IMG/VR virus record: IMGVR_UViG_3300021964_000020
Reading direction: 5' to 3' (one strand)
Length of the DNA: 57,714 nt
DNA from: an uncultured virus (IMG/VR IMGVR_UViG_3300021964_000020)
Taxonomy: Duplodnaviria; Heunggongvirae; Uroviricota; Caudoviricetes
Notes under the pieces: model-generated
What the model was told of the DNA's origin: nothing
The model's input: the letters and a program-made list of their open reading frames with translations, nothing else
The model's database searches: none
Shown: positions 39,515-49,942 of the stretch, piece by piece
How the letters are laid out: each line of letters starts with the position of its first letter
Position numbering within the stretch: position 1 is the stretch's first letter
Made by a program: the position numbers and the translations under genes

Positions 39515-40633
39515 ATGGCAAGTACAATTATAACACCCACAAACAAAGAGAAACTCTATTCTCAAATTTTCCACCTCTTAGGAATGCCTATCAGGTCAGT
39601 AGAATTGACTGAAGAACAGATGGACACATTCCTCGAGTTAGCCCTCGATGAATATGAACAATACGTTAGTGATTGGTTAATAGAATCACAATGGTCGTCT
39701 TTAGCTGGGTTAGACGTTGATACACAATCATTAACAAGGGCATTCACAACGAGATCATTAGATTATGAGACACAGTATTCTCATTCATATTCTAAGATAG
39801 TTGGATTACAAACGGGTGGTGACTCCATACTTAAAAAAGACAAAATTGAACTTATACCAAACCAACAGGTTTATGAAATCCCTGCGGGTCGTGAAATCAA
39901 TGAGTTATTATGGTTTACGAGAGCCGAACTTACTGATTCGATTGTTGACCCATTCTTAGGTGGTTTCGGTGGTCTTGGTGGTGTAGGTTTCGGTGGTGTC
40001 GGTGGATTTGCCCAAATGGGAACTTCAGGTTCATATTTTATGTTACCCGCATATGACCTATTGGCTCGTATGCAAGACAGAAACATTAAGAATAGACTTA
40101 TTGGTGGTGAACTGACCTACCGTGTCACTGCGGGTCCTGAAGGTAAAAAATACGTTCATTTATATAACGTACCGGGTGGTAGATTCGATTTTGGATCCAT
40201 CCAACAACACAACCACTATGTGTGGTATTGGTATTATGATACACACGATAGAGATGATTGTTTAGATAAAAACAAAGACGTTGTGAAATTACCTTCAGAT
40301 ATTGCAACTGAAGAATTAACGTGGGAAACACTTAATAAGCCCGCTCAGAATTGGGTAAGAAAATATCTTATCGCATATTCTAAAGAAGGGTTAGGTAGAA
40401 TATATTCTAAATTCTCAGGGGACCTTCAGGTACCTGATAGTCAAGTTAAGTTAGATTATAGTTCTCTACTAACAGAAGGAAAGGACGAGAAGTTAAAACT
40501 TGTGGAAGAATTAACACAGAGGTTAGAAAGATTACGTCCCGACAAAATGTTAGAGAGAAAGGGTAATGAAGCTGAGAATTTAAACAAATCTTTAAAGTAC
40601 AGACCTATTCAGTCTCCTTTTAACATGATCTAA
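39515..40633 (+). CDS. Neck / head-tail adaptor protein (gp13-like)
   Basis: 'LGMPIRSVELTEEQM', 'WVRKYLIA.SKE.LGRI.SKF...VP...V.LD...L..EG..EK..L.EEL'. Confidence 0.85.
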   Translation: MASTIITPTNKEKLYSQIFHLLGMPIRSVELTEEQMDTFLELALDEYEQYVSDWLIESQWSSLAGLDVDTQSLTRAFTTRSLDYETQYSHSYSKIVGLQTGGDSILKKDKIELIPNQQVYEIPAGREINELLWFTRAELTDSIVDPFLGGFGGLGGVGFGGVGGFAQMGTSGSYFMLPAYDLLARMQDRNIKNRLIGGELTYRVTAGPEGKKYVHLYNVPGGRFDFGSIQQHNHYVWYWYYDTHDRDDCLDKNKDVVKLPSDIATEELTWETLNKPAQNWVRKYLIAYSKEGLGRIYSKFSGDLQVPDSQVKLDYSSLLTEGKDEKLKLVEELTQRLERLRPDKMLERKGNEAENLNKSLKYRPIQSPFNMI

Positions 40634-43539
40634 GAGATATCGGTGTGGGTTGCGAAATCGTGACCACCCATTTCTATTATATCACCTTCCCGTGAAGGAC
40701 TACTATCGACTTTAAAATCAACGGCATCTCTATTTTTTTGTACCCAATAAGGATCGACATGTTTGATACTATCTTCTAAATAAAGGAAGTACGGATCTCT
40801 CTTAACCTTTTTCCAAAACATCACCTCACTATCAGATAGGGTCATTACTTCATCAAAATCATCTTGGTGGCCTTCTTTCATTGGATAACCATTAACTAAT
40901 TCGCATTGTGACGATGTAAAGAAAGGACGATCCTTAGGATCTTCAATTAGTATTTCATTTCTAATGTCAGGGTGGAACACAACCAATAATGGTTCAATCC
41001 TTTTATTAAAAGTACTAATATATCTTGCAACATTGTAATCTCCCTTCATATCAGGATTATCATTCAATTCCTTTTCTGTAATCATGAATGAGTTAATCTT
41101 AATATAATTTTCAGGGACTTCTGTTCCATGTTCCTCAAAATATTCTTTTTGGAATTTTTTCGTAGGTTTAGTGATCTTCTGAACATCACCATCACCTTTA
41201 CGATCACCATTATTTACGTAGAATATTGTTTCACCTAAACCTGCGGGATAATCATTTTTAATGATGAGTTCCATATGTGCCTTTCTCGCCTTACTCGCAC
41301 CACTTTTAGTGGTTGTTTTCATATCTCTTAAGTATGCGGGTATACTTTGTTTTACCCTTGCCTTATTCGCAATCTTAGCGAGAGGGATGTCCTTATTAAA
41401 TATCTTTTCTATGTACGAATAATAAACCTCAAGAAATTCCTGACCCTTACCATCTAAAAGTAATTTTAGACTTTCATCTAAGAAATCAACGATATAACCA
41501 TGTAGGTTCTTAGACTTAATAGTATTACCTGTTAACTTAAGACCTCCACTTGGTTTTTTAAGTACATAATTCTTCCTTGCAACATTAACTGTGGATGGTG
41601 CAACGTAATCAATATCCAACCCCATTTCATTCCTCATAAAAATGTCATTGAATTCTGCGGTGTCGGCCTCGGCACCTTTATAGAGTTTACCCCCCACTAC
41701 TAATTCATTCTTTCCCTTACCTAAGTATTCTCTTTCATCCACATCAGGTGGGCACGAAAAGTTAACCCCATCAGTATCCATTACGAGTGGTTTATACCCT
41801 TTCTTTTGGAAGAACATAATCATCATTCTTAGACTCTGTCTACCAACACACGTAATTGTTTCTCCTTTATCCATATCGCCCCATGGGAATACATGTGGTG
41901 CGGATAATGAACCGAAATACGCATTAATAAAGATTTTAATAGGTAACTGTTTTCTATCAAACTTCTTTGACTGTACAGGATCTGATTTTGAATATTGTGC
42001 AGCCAATTTTTTGTATTTGATACGAACATCTCGGAAATACTTTAACATCGACTTCTGAACCCCCATAACATCACATTCGGGGAACACATCGTAAACAAGT
42101 TGTATTGATGGATAAAGTGACGAGTAGTCAAACTTAACAACGTTTTCTGAATACCCGACAGCAAGTAATCGTGATAAACCACCCGTGATTGCCCTACGTT
42201 CTTGTTTTTTAGGTATTGCTAAATTGTGTTTATAAGACCACGCTAACATGATCAATTTCCATAACGTGGCAGTACCCATTGTAGAAACCCTTTCATATGT
42301 CGTAGGTACCAATTTTGAAAGTAGGAATGTCGATTGACTAAACGATTCATCAACCACCATAGTTTCATACAAGTCATCATCAAGATACTGTTCTACGATT
42401 TTACGACCTGTCCACACTTCATAACTGTTTGGGAATCTCTGAAGTAAGTTTTCAGTACCGGGTTCTCCAATTTTTTTATACTTACCCGTCTTGGGGTTCA
42501 CATAATAACTTTCATTATCGAGATATATTTTAGAAATCCATGCACCGTCAACGTAAACACGATTCTCTTTTTCGGCACCGAGGTATTTCGTAATATACTT
42601 CAAACCCCACGATTTAATATCAGAGTTGATTGCTTGTGCTCTACGGACAGAATGGGCGATATCAAGAATATTCATACCCCATATCATGTGTTGGGTGTAT
42701 GTCTCAACTTCATTTGCGAGTTTTAACATACCCTCTCTTTCTTTCATTCCTTGATCAATGAAAACTTTGGTATGTTCTTCTACATTGATACCTAAAATTT
42801 CGGCACGTTTTAAAATAAATGGGAAATCGAAGAATGCTGAGTTATATCCCGCAAATATTGTAGGTTTTAATTCCTCTAAGTATTGGAAGAACTCTATAAT
42901 ACATCGTTTCTCTCCGTCCTCACCAAAGGCATCAATGATCTTAACAAAGTCTCGATTATCCTTCATTCCTATAAGAATGATTTTATCCGTCTCAGGTTCA
43001 AGACCTGTGGTCTCAATATCGAATACTAATCGATGAACATCTTCATATTCTTCGATACCTTTGAATAACCTCTTTTCTTTTTGAATTAGGTATTGTTCTT
43101 TCGGATTCAGTAGGATAAAATGTTCTTTTATCATTTTACCGTTGGGTAGTTTCTTATCGTCCCACGGATTAATACCTCCTTGTCTAAAGAAACTTAAAAG
43201 TTCTCTATAACCCTTACTACTTTTAACGAGATAGTTGAACCCATCCTCAAGACGTTCATTACCTCTTGTTTCTAACTTCTCTATTGTAATACCATACTCC
43301 AACATTTTTTGACGTTGAAGTGCCTTACTCTTATTGTAAAAATTAAGATCGGTAATATCACTAACCCAAAGAAACGGAGTTAGTTTGTCTTGCCTAATTA
43401 TTTTACCCTTTTCGGGGTGTTGGATGATTTTGTAGATGGTGTTTGTTCGATATTCATATTCGAGTCCCGTAATGTATTCTTCAGGGTCACCACCATTGAG
43501 GAATTCTTCTATTACCTCTTGGGAGATTATTTCATTCAT
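40630..43539 (-). CDS. DNA polymerase, family B
   Basis: Exonuclease motifs 'FDIETTG', 'YNSAFFDFP', 'YLDDD'; polymerase motifs 'DYSSLYPS', 'K..INAYFG', 'MDTDG', 'KNY'. Confidence 0.95.
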   Translation of the reverse strand: MNEIISQEVIEEFLNGGDPEEYITGLEYEYRTNTIYKIIQHPEKGKIIRQDKLTPFLWVSDITDLNFYNKSKALQRQKMLEYGITIEKLETRGNERLEDGFNYLVKSSKGYRELLSFFRQGGINPWDDKKLPNGKMIKEHFILLNPKEQYLIQKEKRLFKGIEEYEDVHRLVFDIETTGLEPETDKIILIGMKDNRDFVKIIDAFGEDGEKRCIIEFFQYLEELKPTIFAGYNSAFFDFPFILKRAEILGINVEEHTKVFIDQGMKEREGMLKLANEVETYTQHMIWGMNILDIAHSVRRAQAINSDIKSWGLKYITKYLGAEKENRVYVDGAWISKIYLDNESYYVNPKTGKYKKIGEPGTENLLQRFPNSYEVWTGRKIVEQYLDDDLYETMVVDESFSQSTFLLSKLVPTTYERVSTMGTATLWKLIMLAWSYKHNLAIPKKQERRAITGGLSRLLAVGYSENVVKFDYSSLYPSIQLVYDVFPECDVMGVQKSMLKYFRDVRIKYKKLAAQYSKSDPVQSKKFDRKQLPIKIFINAYFGSLSAPHVFPWGDMDKGETITCVGRQSLRMMIMFFQKKGYKPLVMDTDGVNFSCPPDVDEREYLGKGKNELVVGGKLYKGAEADTAEFNDIFMRNEMGLDIDYVAPSTVNVARKNYVLKKPSGGLKLTGNTIKSKNLHGYIVDFLDESLKLLLDGKGQEFLEVYYSYIEKIFNKDIPLAKIANKARVKQSIPAYLRDMKTTTKSGASKARKAHMELIIKNDYPAGLGETIFYVNNGDRKGDGDVQKITKPTKKFQKEYFEEHGTEVPENYIKINSFMITEKELNDNPDMKGDYNVARYISTFNKRIEPLLVVFHPDIRNEILIEDPKDRPFFTSSQCELVNGYPMKEGHQDDFDEVMTLSDSEVMFWKKVKRDPYFLYLEDSIKHVDPYWVQKNRDAVDFKVDSSPSREGDIIEMGGHDFATHTDIS

Positions 43540-43605
43540 AAAATTTGATATTCGGATGACACATTAGCATATCCCTTAGTTAGGATAGTTTGTCTTGTTA
43601 CATAA

Positions 43606-43636
43606 CAAATATATGAAAAAATATACTAAAAATCAA
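43606..43636 (-). promoter_or_regulatory. Early-type promoter of the DNA polymerase gene
   Basis: TTGATT (43636-43631), 17-nt spacer, TATATTTG (43613-43606), which matches the Bacteroidota TAnnTTTG box. Confidence 0.7.
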
Positions 43637-43705
43637 CTCCGTATCATCTATGTATGGCGGGTTTTCGTGCCAATTAAAATATCCCCCTTAATGTGGGCGC
43701 ATTTT

Positions 43706-44074
43706 TTAAACGATGTTAATGAATAATTTTTCTTTGATCGGGACGATTAACTTATTAGTTGGGTTAAGATCGGTATCTCTAAATTGAATAGTTATAACCC
43801 CCTCGAATTTACCCGACTCTAAAGTCTCACCTTCTTTGAACCTATAAGTAATATAATACTCATCTGTGGTTTGGTCGTATTTCTTGGTCCTCGTTGTTAA
43901 ATGACAGTCTTCACTAAGTATGTGGGGTATCTCTGTTTCTACCTCAATCATATCGAAAGTAATATGGGCGTTTTCTAAAAGATCGTTTAAAGATGACTTA
44001 TCATTTCTACCATCATCAACCAATCTCATTTTTAACATTGGGTCTGTAGCCCCTTTTCGTATAAAGAATTCCAT
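43706..44074 (-). CDS. Small structural protein (BppU N-terminal-like beta-sandwich)
   Basis: 'FFIRKGAT.P.L...L', 'YRF...ET..SGKFEG...I.F', 'IVPI'; TATTTATT box 3 nt upstream. Confidence 0.55.
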   Translation of the reverse strand: MEFFIRKGATDPMLKMRLVDDGRNDKSSLNDLLENAHITFDMIEVETEIPHILSEDCHLTTRTKKYDQTTDEYYITYRFKEGETLESGKFEGVITIQFRDTDLNPTNKLIVPIKEKLFINIV

Positions 44075-44099
44075 ATTAATAAATATCTAACCTATTTTT

Positions 44100-46292
44100 T
44101 TATAATCCACCTGTCGCGATAAACTGACCCGTAATTGTATGGTTACTATCGGGTAGTAAATAACCTTGGTTATTTGTTCCTGTAAGTGCTTCCGATGTTG
44201 TTCTAATAACACCATCCACTATCGATCTTACTCTTGTGTCATCATTCACACATCCTGAACCACCACCACCTTGTGAAAATGATTTAACGTAAACAGTGTC
44301 TGATTGTGTGAATGTCACGCTTGATGTGTTCCACGATGCGGATGTCAGACTCTGAGTTTTTGTCATTCTCGCAACTTCAGTACCATTCTTTTCTATATAG
44401 ATATAACCTTTAGCACATTGTTCTGCGGTTGTTGCACTTTGTAATGTAAGTGTGTATGTCGGTACAGGTGTTGCAGTTGGTGCGGGACTATTTTCCATTA
44501 TAACTACAAATGAAGGGTTTACACCTTGTTGAACTGTGTAGTTATATGTCAAATAATTCGATGTATTTGAATTTGTCGTCCCCACACTTGACCCATTTAA
44601 AATTAATCTTGTTGTTGGTGAGATATAACTATTAGTACAAGGGGAAAGAAGATTAAACGGTCTATGTGTAATAGTAATGTTATCACCCGGATATACTGAA
44701 TAAGTCCTTAGTGTTCCCGATCCTGTTGACCCTTGAGTTAATTGGATTGTTGAACCCTGTTTAACTCCATTTATAAATAATTCACTAATCGATGTAGTAC
44801 AACTATTTTCGTGTTGGTAACCAAACGTGAATGTTTGTGGTGATGGTGTTGATGTCGCAGTAACGAATGGTGTAGGTTCAGGTGTTGGATTAGGTGTAGG
44901 AGAAGGTGGTTTAACAGCGGTCGCTGTTGGTGTAGGTTCAGGTTCAGGTGTAGGTTCAGGTGTTGGATCAGGTGGATACTCTGAATTATTTACTAAACCA
45001 ACCTGCCAATAGGTTAAACCATTTACCGTAATAGTTTTATCATTTGACGACGCTTCCACTACGTGAGTTAGTGGGGATTGATTATTCGCGAAAGTCACCC
45101 CGTTAAAAGTACCATCCCATGCACTAATATTTAATGCGGATACAATGTTGTCAATTCTATTACATAACGTAGCGATAGGTATAGTCCCCTCAGGATTCTC
45201 AGGGTCTGTAATTTCCTTACCACCATAAAGTAATCCTACAATTACCCATTCCATTTGACCGCCCTCACCTTCTATTTCACATAGAATTGCGGATCCCGAA
45301 TCACCTCCTGCTGACGGGTAATAACACCAATCACCCGTAGGTGTTGTGGATCCACTTGCTTGTAATTCAAAAGTGTCGTTCATATACACATAAGATGGTG
45401 AACCTTGTTTTGTGTATCCTATTGTTATTGATGATGAACTTGCAGTACAAAATAACTTAGTGTCTCCCTGACCTTTTGGTCCTGTGGTCCTACCTGAGGT
45501 GTAATATCGAGTATTGGGGTTCTCTAATAACGCATTTATTTCTGATGTGGTTGCAAATCTCGGTGCACTCGTCATTCCCGTAATCCCAAACTGATTCCAC
45601 GATACTGAACCATCCACTATGGGTTCTCCTTCACCAAAATCTAAAGACGCTAACGCAGCATCAACAGTGTTATTAAATGGAATATCTCTTATTGGTTGGT
45701 ATTTTTTAACAATACCGACACCTAATGTTGGGTCTGACAATCCCACTTCATTAGGTTGATTAACCTGATGACCACCGGGAGTAAAAACGTTCGTTCTAAT
45801 ACCATTTAAATTCCTTTCCGTGGTTATAAATGCATCATCACATAAAACATGATTATTACTTACACCAACTAAAGTATTTGTTTCATTATCAACCGCAATA
45901 AAACCTAAAGTACCCACATAAGAACCTAAAGCAGTATAATTCGTTACGGAAATACCACCCATTAAAGGTCTGTGTTTATTCCTATTTTGTGGTGGTTGAC
46001 CTTGCCAATCATAAAAAGTTTGGTCCCCACAAAAACCGTATGCGTGTGCTTTTATTGTTGCTTCAACAACATCGGTCTTAAATGTTTCACCGTCAATTAC
46101 AATTTCAGATGGGATTCGTTCACTTTCGGGAATCTCAGATAAGGGTTTTTTTCTAACAACGGTAAAGACAAGAGTTTTTTCGTCAGTGGTTTTATTGTTA
46201 CTTGTTTTGAAACCATACGAAACACCCACAATGTCTGAAGATGTGTTTCTATTTAATTCTGCCGTTACCTCTTTTAATCTATCGTTTGTCAT
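44100..46292 (-). CDS. Trypsin-like (Nal1-type) serine protease fused through a PT linker to C-terminal beta domains
   Basis: 'RPLMGGISV', 'GTLG', 'SNNHVL' (His), 'VDAALA' (Asp), 'SGRTTG', 'GGDSGS' (Ser), 'VGLLYGG'. Confidence 0.85.
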   Translation of the reverse strand: MTNDRLKEVTAELNRNTSSDIVGVSYGFKTSNNKTTDEKTLVFTVVRKKPLSEIPESERIPSEIVIDGETFKTDVVEATIKAHAYGFCGDQTFYDWQGQPPQNRNKHRPLMGGISVTNYTALGSYVGTLGFIAVDNETNTLVGVSNNHVLCDDAFITTERNLNGIRTNVFTPGGHQVNQPNEVGLSDPTLGVGIVKKYQPIRDIPFNNTVDAALASLDFGEGEPIVDGSVSWNQFGITGMTSAPRFATTSEINALLENPNTRYYTSGRTTGPKGQGDTKLFCTASSSSITIGYTKQGSPSYVYMNDTFELQASGSTTPTGDWCYYPSAGGDSGSAILCEIEGEGGQMEWVIVGLLYGGKEITDPENPEGTIPIATLCNRIDNIVSALNISAWDGTFNGVTFANNQSPLTHVVEASSNDKTITVNGLTYWQVGLVNNSEYPPDPTPEPTPEPEPTPTATAVKPPSPTPNPTPEPTPFVTATSTPSPQTFTFGYQHENSCTTSISELFINGVKQGSTIQLTQGSTGSGTLRTYSVYPGDNITITHRPFNLLSPCTNSYISPTTRLILNGSSVGTTNSNTSNYLTYNYTVQQGVNPSFVVIMENSPAPTATPVPTYTLTLQSATTAEQCAKGYIYIEKNGTEVARMTKTQSLTSASWNTSSVTFTQSDTVYVKSFSQGGGGSGCVNDDTRVRSIVDGVIRTTSEALTGTNNQGYLLPDSNHTITGQFIATGGL

Positions 46293-46299
46293 ATCTTAA

Positions 46300-49200
46300 T
46301 TAGTTTGGTATGTGTAAAAATATCGTGTTAGCGGTGTTTGCAACTGTTGCAGTTGGATTAGGTGTTGGTTGAGGTGTTGCCGTTGGGTTTGGGGTTGGAC
46401 CAACTACCTCAAAAACGATAGTCTCTTGAACCCTTGGATCGAGACTTTCATGTAATGTATCCACTAACTCAACAACTAAAGTATGTTCACCCTCATCTCT
46501 AATATCAAATACTACGTCTAAATCATCATATTTCATGATAACCCCACCACCATCTAACTCGTAGTGAATGTGACCTTGATTAGTCGATATGAAATCACCC
46601 ACATCAACTGACATAATTATATCACCTGTAGGGTATACACCACCATCAGTTGGACTTGTGACTGTTAATGTTGGTTGTGATGTCGGTGTAGGTGTTGGTT
46701 GAGGTGTTGCCGTTGGGTTTGGAGTAGGTTCAGGTGTAGGTTGTTCCGTTGCCGTTGGGTTAGGAGTTGAGGTTGGATTCTCCGTTGCCGTTGGATTAGG
46801 TGTGGGGTCAGGAGTCGACGTTGGGTTAGGTGTTGCCGTTGGATTCTCTGTCGCGGTTGGGTTTGGTGTAGGTTCGGGGGTTGATGTTGGATTCGGAGTA
46901 CTTGTCGGTAATTCCGTTGATGTTGGGTTTGGTGTTGGTTCGGGAGTTGCCGTTGGATTCGGAGTACTTGTCGGTAATTCCGTTGCCGTTGGGTTTGGTG
47001 TTGGTTGTGGTGTACTTGTTGGTACAGGGGTTGAGTCAGGGGTAGGTGCAGGTGTTGCGGTTGGTTCAGGAGTGGGTTGTTCAGTTGCCGTTGGATTCGG
47101 AGTACTTGTCGGTAATTCCGTTGCCGTTGGGTTTGGTGTTGGTTCAGGCGTTGAAGTTGGATTGGGAGTACTTGTTGGATTCTCAGTTGCCGTAGGGTTC
47201 GGCGTTGGTTGAGGTGTACTTGTCGGGTTAGGGGTTGCTGTTGGATTCTCCGTTGCCGTAGGATTAGGTGTAGGTTCGGGGGTTGATGTTGGTATAGGGG
47301 TTGCGGTTGGATTCTCCGTCGCCGTAGGATTAGGTGTAGAACTTGCAGTTGGTTCTGGCGTTGGTGATGATGTCGGTATAGGTGTTGCCGTCGGATCAAG
47401 TGATACATTCGAAGTGTTCGAATAAATCTTAACGTAATTGTCTATTGTTCGATTATAGTTTAGTGTTTGGACACCGACATTAATGGTGTACATATTAGTC
47501 CAATTCCAATTACATATCCCTGAAGTGGTTTCATACCTTAAACCGTGAATTACAGACCCATCAGAATTTCTAAAGTGTATCGCCTTATAGTGGAAATCGG
47601 TGTGACCGCCCGTAACAGTAAAACTGAGTGCATTTGAATATCCGGCACCCTGTGAACAATTGCCAACATCATTGAAGGTACCAACTTGATACCAACTCAA
47701 ATTCTGATCGTAGGGTTGAACCACTACCTCTGATTGAGGTAAATCCACCATCCAAAGTTGTAGACCACTCAGTGTGGTTGTGAAATTTTGTACAACTTGT
47801 ATATTGATCGTTGTATTGTATTGTGGTTGTGGTGTTGAAGTTGGTGACGGTGCGGGGGTTGATGTTGGTAATTGTGTCGATGTGGGTTCAGGAGTACTTG
47901 TTCCTGTGGGTTGTGGAGTTGCACTTGCCGTCGGTTCAGGAGTACTTGTTCCTGTGGGTTGTGGAGTTGCACTTGGAGTTGGTTCAGGAGTTGCAGTATA
48001 AAGAGGTGTTGCAGTTGGGGGTATAACCATACTACAATCTAATTGATCTACTGATATTACCGTACCTTGAGCACCAACCGTAATCCACGTGTAACTACCA
48101 ACATTATTAATAGGTGTTTGATAAACCAAGAAACCACCAATTTCAAAGAACTGAGAACCATCTGAAGTTCTATAAATAATATCACCAACCGATGGGACGT
48201 TGTAACCACCACCCGGAGCACTTGTCCAAATATGTGGTTGTTCTGTAGTTCCTTGATTATTTTCTACAACACTAATACCCGGGAAAGGACCATTTACGGT
48301 GTCACATACCCATTGTAGTGTCTCCGATAAACCTACCGTTTGGTTTAATGAATCAAAAGAGTCTTCGTTAGCCCACGGATTCATTTTACTAACTACTTTA
48401 TGAATATACCCTAAAGTGTTCGATATCGTACCTGTTGGTGTTGGTTGTGGTGTGGATGTAGGTTCAGGAGTGATTGTTGCCGTTGGTTCAGGTGTCGATG
48501 GTGGTGTACTTGTTGGTGGTAACGTTGCCGTTGGTTCGGGGGTTGCCGGTGGTGTACTTGTCGGATTAGGTGTTGATGTTGGTAATGGAGTTGCGGTCGG
48601 ATTAGGTGTTGGATTAGGAGTTGCTGTTGGGTATGGGGTTGGTTCAGGAGTCGATGTTGGTTCGGGGGTTGCCGTTGGGGGGTAACAACACTCAATTAAT
48701 GAGGATTGTAAATTCTCTAATTGTGAGTTGATTGATGCAGAAATCAATAAGAAAGATGAGGTGAATTGATTAAAATCGTCTCTTATAGACCCACTTTCAA
48801 ATTCTAACGCATCTAACCTACCTACTATTGGTGTTAAATCCACAGGTATTGGTGTGGGCTGTGGGGTTGGTTGTGGTGGTAAATCATCTAATGTAATCCA
48901 CGAACCACTTTTACCCTCAATAGAATCTAATCTACCATCATTAGATGATGTATAGGTATTAAACTCACTTCTAATAGATGCACTCTCCGTTTCCAAAGAA
49001 TTTAACCTATTTGTATGTCCACTCGTTAAACCATCGTTAGACGACGTGTATGTATTAAAATCTGAACGAACTGAACCTGATTCAGTCTCTAAAGAACTTA
49101 GTCTATTGTTTTGTTCGGTATTTAGTGTGTCATTGGAAGAGGTATAATCATTAAAATTACCTCTGATAGATCCCGATTCAGTCTCTAAAGAACCCAACCT

Positions 49201-49929
49201 CTCGTTTGCCTCTAAAACATAACCCGCAAACGCCTCGTCGTTTTCGGTATCAACCGTATTAATCAAGGAAACTATTTCAGCAAAAGAATCTTTATCCGCT
49301 TCGGAAGAATCTAAAATCGCATCTACCCTTAACCTCTCTGTTTCAATTCTACTCGATAATGACCCCGTCTCAACCTCTAAAGAACCCAATCTATTATCTT
49401 GTCCTAAATTAAGTTCATTATTAGATGATGTGTAATCGTTAAACACACTCCTAATAGATCCACTTTCAGTTTCTAAAGATGATAGTCTATTATTTTGTTC
49501 TACATTAAGATCATCATTAGAGTCACTTCTACTTTCTAATGCATCTAACCTATCGTTTTGGTAGGCGTTTACGTTATTATTTGATGATGTGTAACTATTA
49601 AAATAGTTTTTGAATTCTTGTAATTCAAGATCGGTGGCAAAAGAGTCATCCAAAGATGCGGTATAAACCTCTAAAGCATCGATACTAATTTTGGCGGAAG
49701 AAGAAAATAAATGTAGATCCTCTATCGATGAGGTGGAATCATTAAGTACCCCTGTAACCTCGTTCAATGACGATGTTAATGCAAATGAGTTGGTTAAATT
49801 ACCTTCTATTTGTCCTTTAATAGTGTCTAAAGTGGTACCAAATGTGATTCCATCCTGAGAAATGGGTATAATCCCACTTCCTGATGGTTCTAAACTTGAA
49901 CTTAAGTCCGATATTCTTCTAAATGCCAT
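46300..49929 (-). CDS. Fibre-like protein: N-terminal coiled coil, Pro/Thr linkers and several globular modules (1209 aa)
   Basis: 32-aa repeats 'YTSSN...Q..RL.SLETESGS.R..FN'; more than 350 aa of PT repeats; C-terminal Ig-like segment 'GHIHYELDG...EGEHTLVVELVD..H'. Confidence 0.75.
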   Translation of the reverse strand: MAFRRISDLSSSLEPSGSGIIPISQDGITFGTTLDTIKGQIEGNLTNSFALTSSLNEVTGVLNDSTSSIEDLHLFSSSAKISIDALEVYTASLDDSFATDLELQEFKNYFNSYTSSNNNVNAYQNDRLDALESRSDSNDDLNVEQNNRLSSLETESGSIRSVFNDYTSSNNELNLGQDNRLGSLEVETGSLSSRIETERLRVDAILDSSEADKDSFAEIVSLINTVDTENDEAFAGYVLEANERLGSLETESGSIRGNFNDYTSSNDTLNTEQNNRLSSLETESGSVRSDFNTYTSSNDGLTSGHTNRLNSLETESASIRSEFNTYTSSNDGRLDSIEGKSGSWITLDDLPPQPTPQPTPIPVDLTPIVGRLDALEFESGSIRDDFNQFTSSFLLISASINSQLENLQSSLIECCYPPTATPEPTSTPEPTPYPTATPNPTPNPTATPLPTSTPNPTSTPPATPEPTATLPPTSTPPSTPEPTATITPEPTSTPQPTPTGTISNTLGYIHKVVSKMNPWANEDSFDSLNQTVGLSETLQWVCDTVNGPFPGISVVENNQGTTEQPHIWTSAPGGGYNVPSVGDIIYRTSDGSQFFEIGGFLVYQTPINNVGSYTWITVGAQGTVISVDQLDCSMVIPPTATPLYTATPEPTPSATPQPTGTSTPEPTASATPQPTGTSTPEPTSTQLPTSTPAPSPTSTPQPQYNTTINIQVVQNFTTTLSGLQLWMVDLPQSEVVVQPYDQNLSWYQVGTFNDVGNCSQGAGYSNALSFTVTGGHTDFHYKAIHFRNSDGSVIHGLRYETTSGICNWNWTNMYTINVGVQTLNYNRTIDNYVKIYSNTSNVSLDPTATPIPTSSPTPEPTASSTPNPTATENPTATPIPTSTPEPTPNPTATENPTATPNPTSTPQPTPNPTATENPTSTPNPTSTPEPTPNPTATELPTSTPNPTATEQPTPEPTATPAPTPDSTPVPTSTPQPTPNPTATELPTSTPNPTATPEPTPNPTSTELPTSTPNPTSTPEPTPNPTATENPTATPNPTSTPDPTPNPTATENPTSTPNPTATEQPTPEPTPNPTATPQPTPTPTSQPTLTVTSPTDGGVYPTGDIIMSVDVGDFISTNQGHIHYELDGGGVIMKYDDLDVVFDIRDEGEHTLVVELVDTLHESLDPRVQETIVFEVVGPTPNPTATPQPTPNPTATVANTANTIFLHIPN
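46670..47395 (-). repeat. Pro/Thr tandem repeat tract (PTATENPTSTPNPT-type)
   Basis: Degenerate 18/24-nt units; identical 62-bp copies at 46945-47006 and 47083-47144. Confidence 0.9.
47885..47975 (-). repeat. Tandem duplication, 43 bp identical with a 48-bp period
   Basis: 47885-47927 equals 47933-47975 (encodes SATPQPTGTSTPEP twice). Confidence 0.9.
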
Positions 49930-49942
49930 TCTTATAAATATT

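Noticed and set aside
7797..43539. Inteins or introns in nrdA, nrdB, helicase, recA or DNA polymerase
   Set aside because: ORFs are continuous and of ordinary length; no intein or LAGLIDADG/HNH motifs seen.
43639..43705. Relatively GC-rich patch after the BppU-like gene
   Set aside because: Only weak, imperfect pairing and no convincing U-tail or motif.
46670..47395. Repeat tract considered as a CRISPR array
   Set aside because: Units are degenerate, in-frame coding repeats with no unique spacers, and no cas genes are present.
46665..48695. Alternative-frame and antisense ORFs rich in Q/R/H or V/G (e.g. 46665-47408, 46802-47212, 48416-48685)
   Set aside because: Shadow ORFs caused by stop-poor Pro/Thr codon repeats in the real gene; the same applies to 52320-52634 and 52830-53036.
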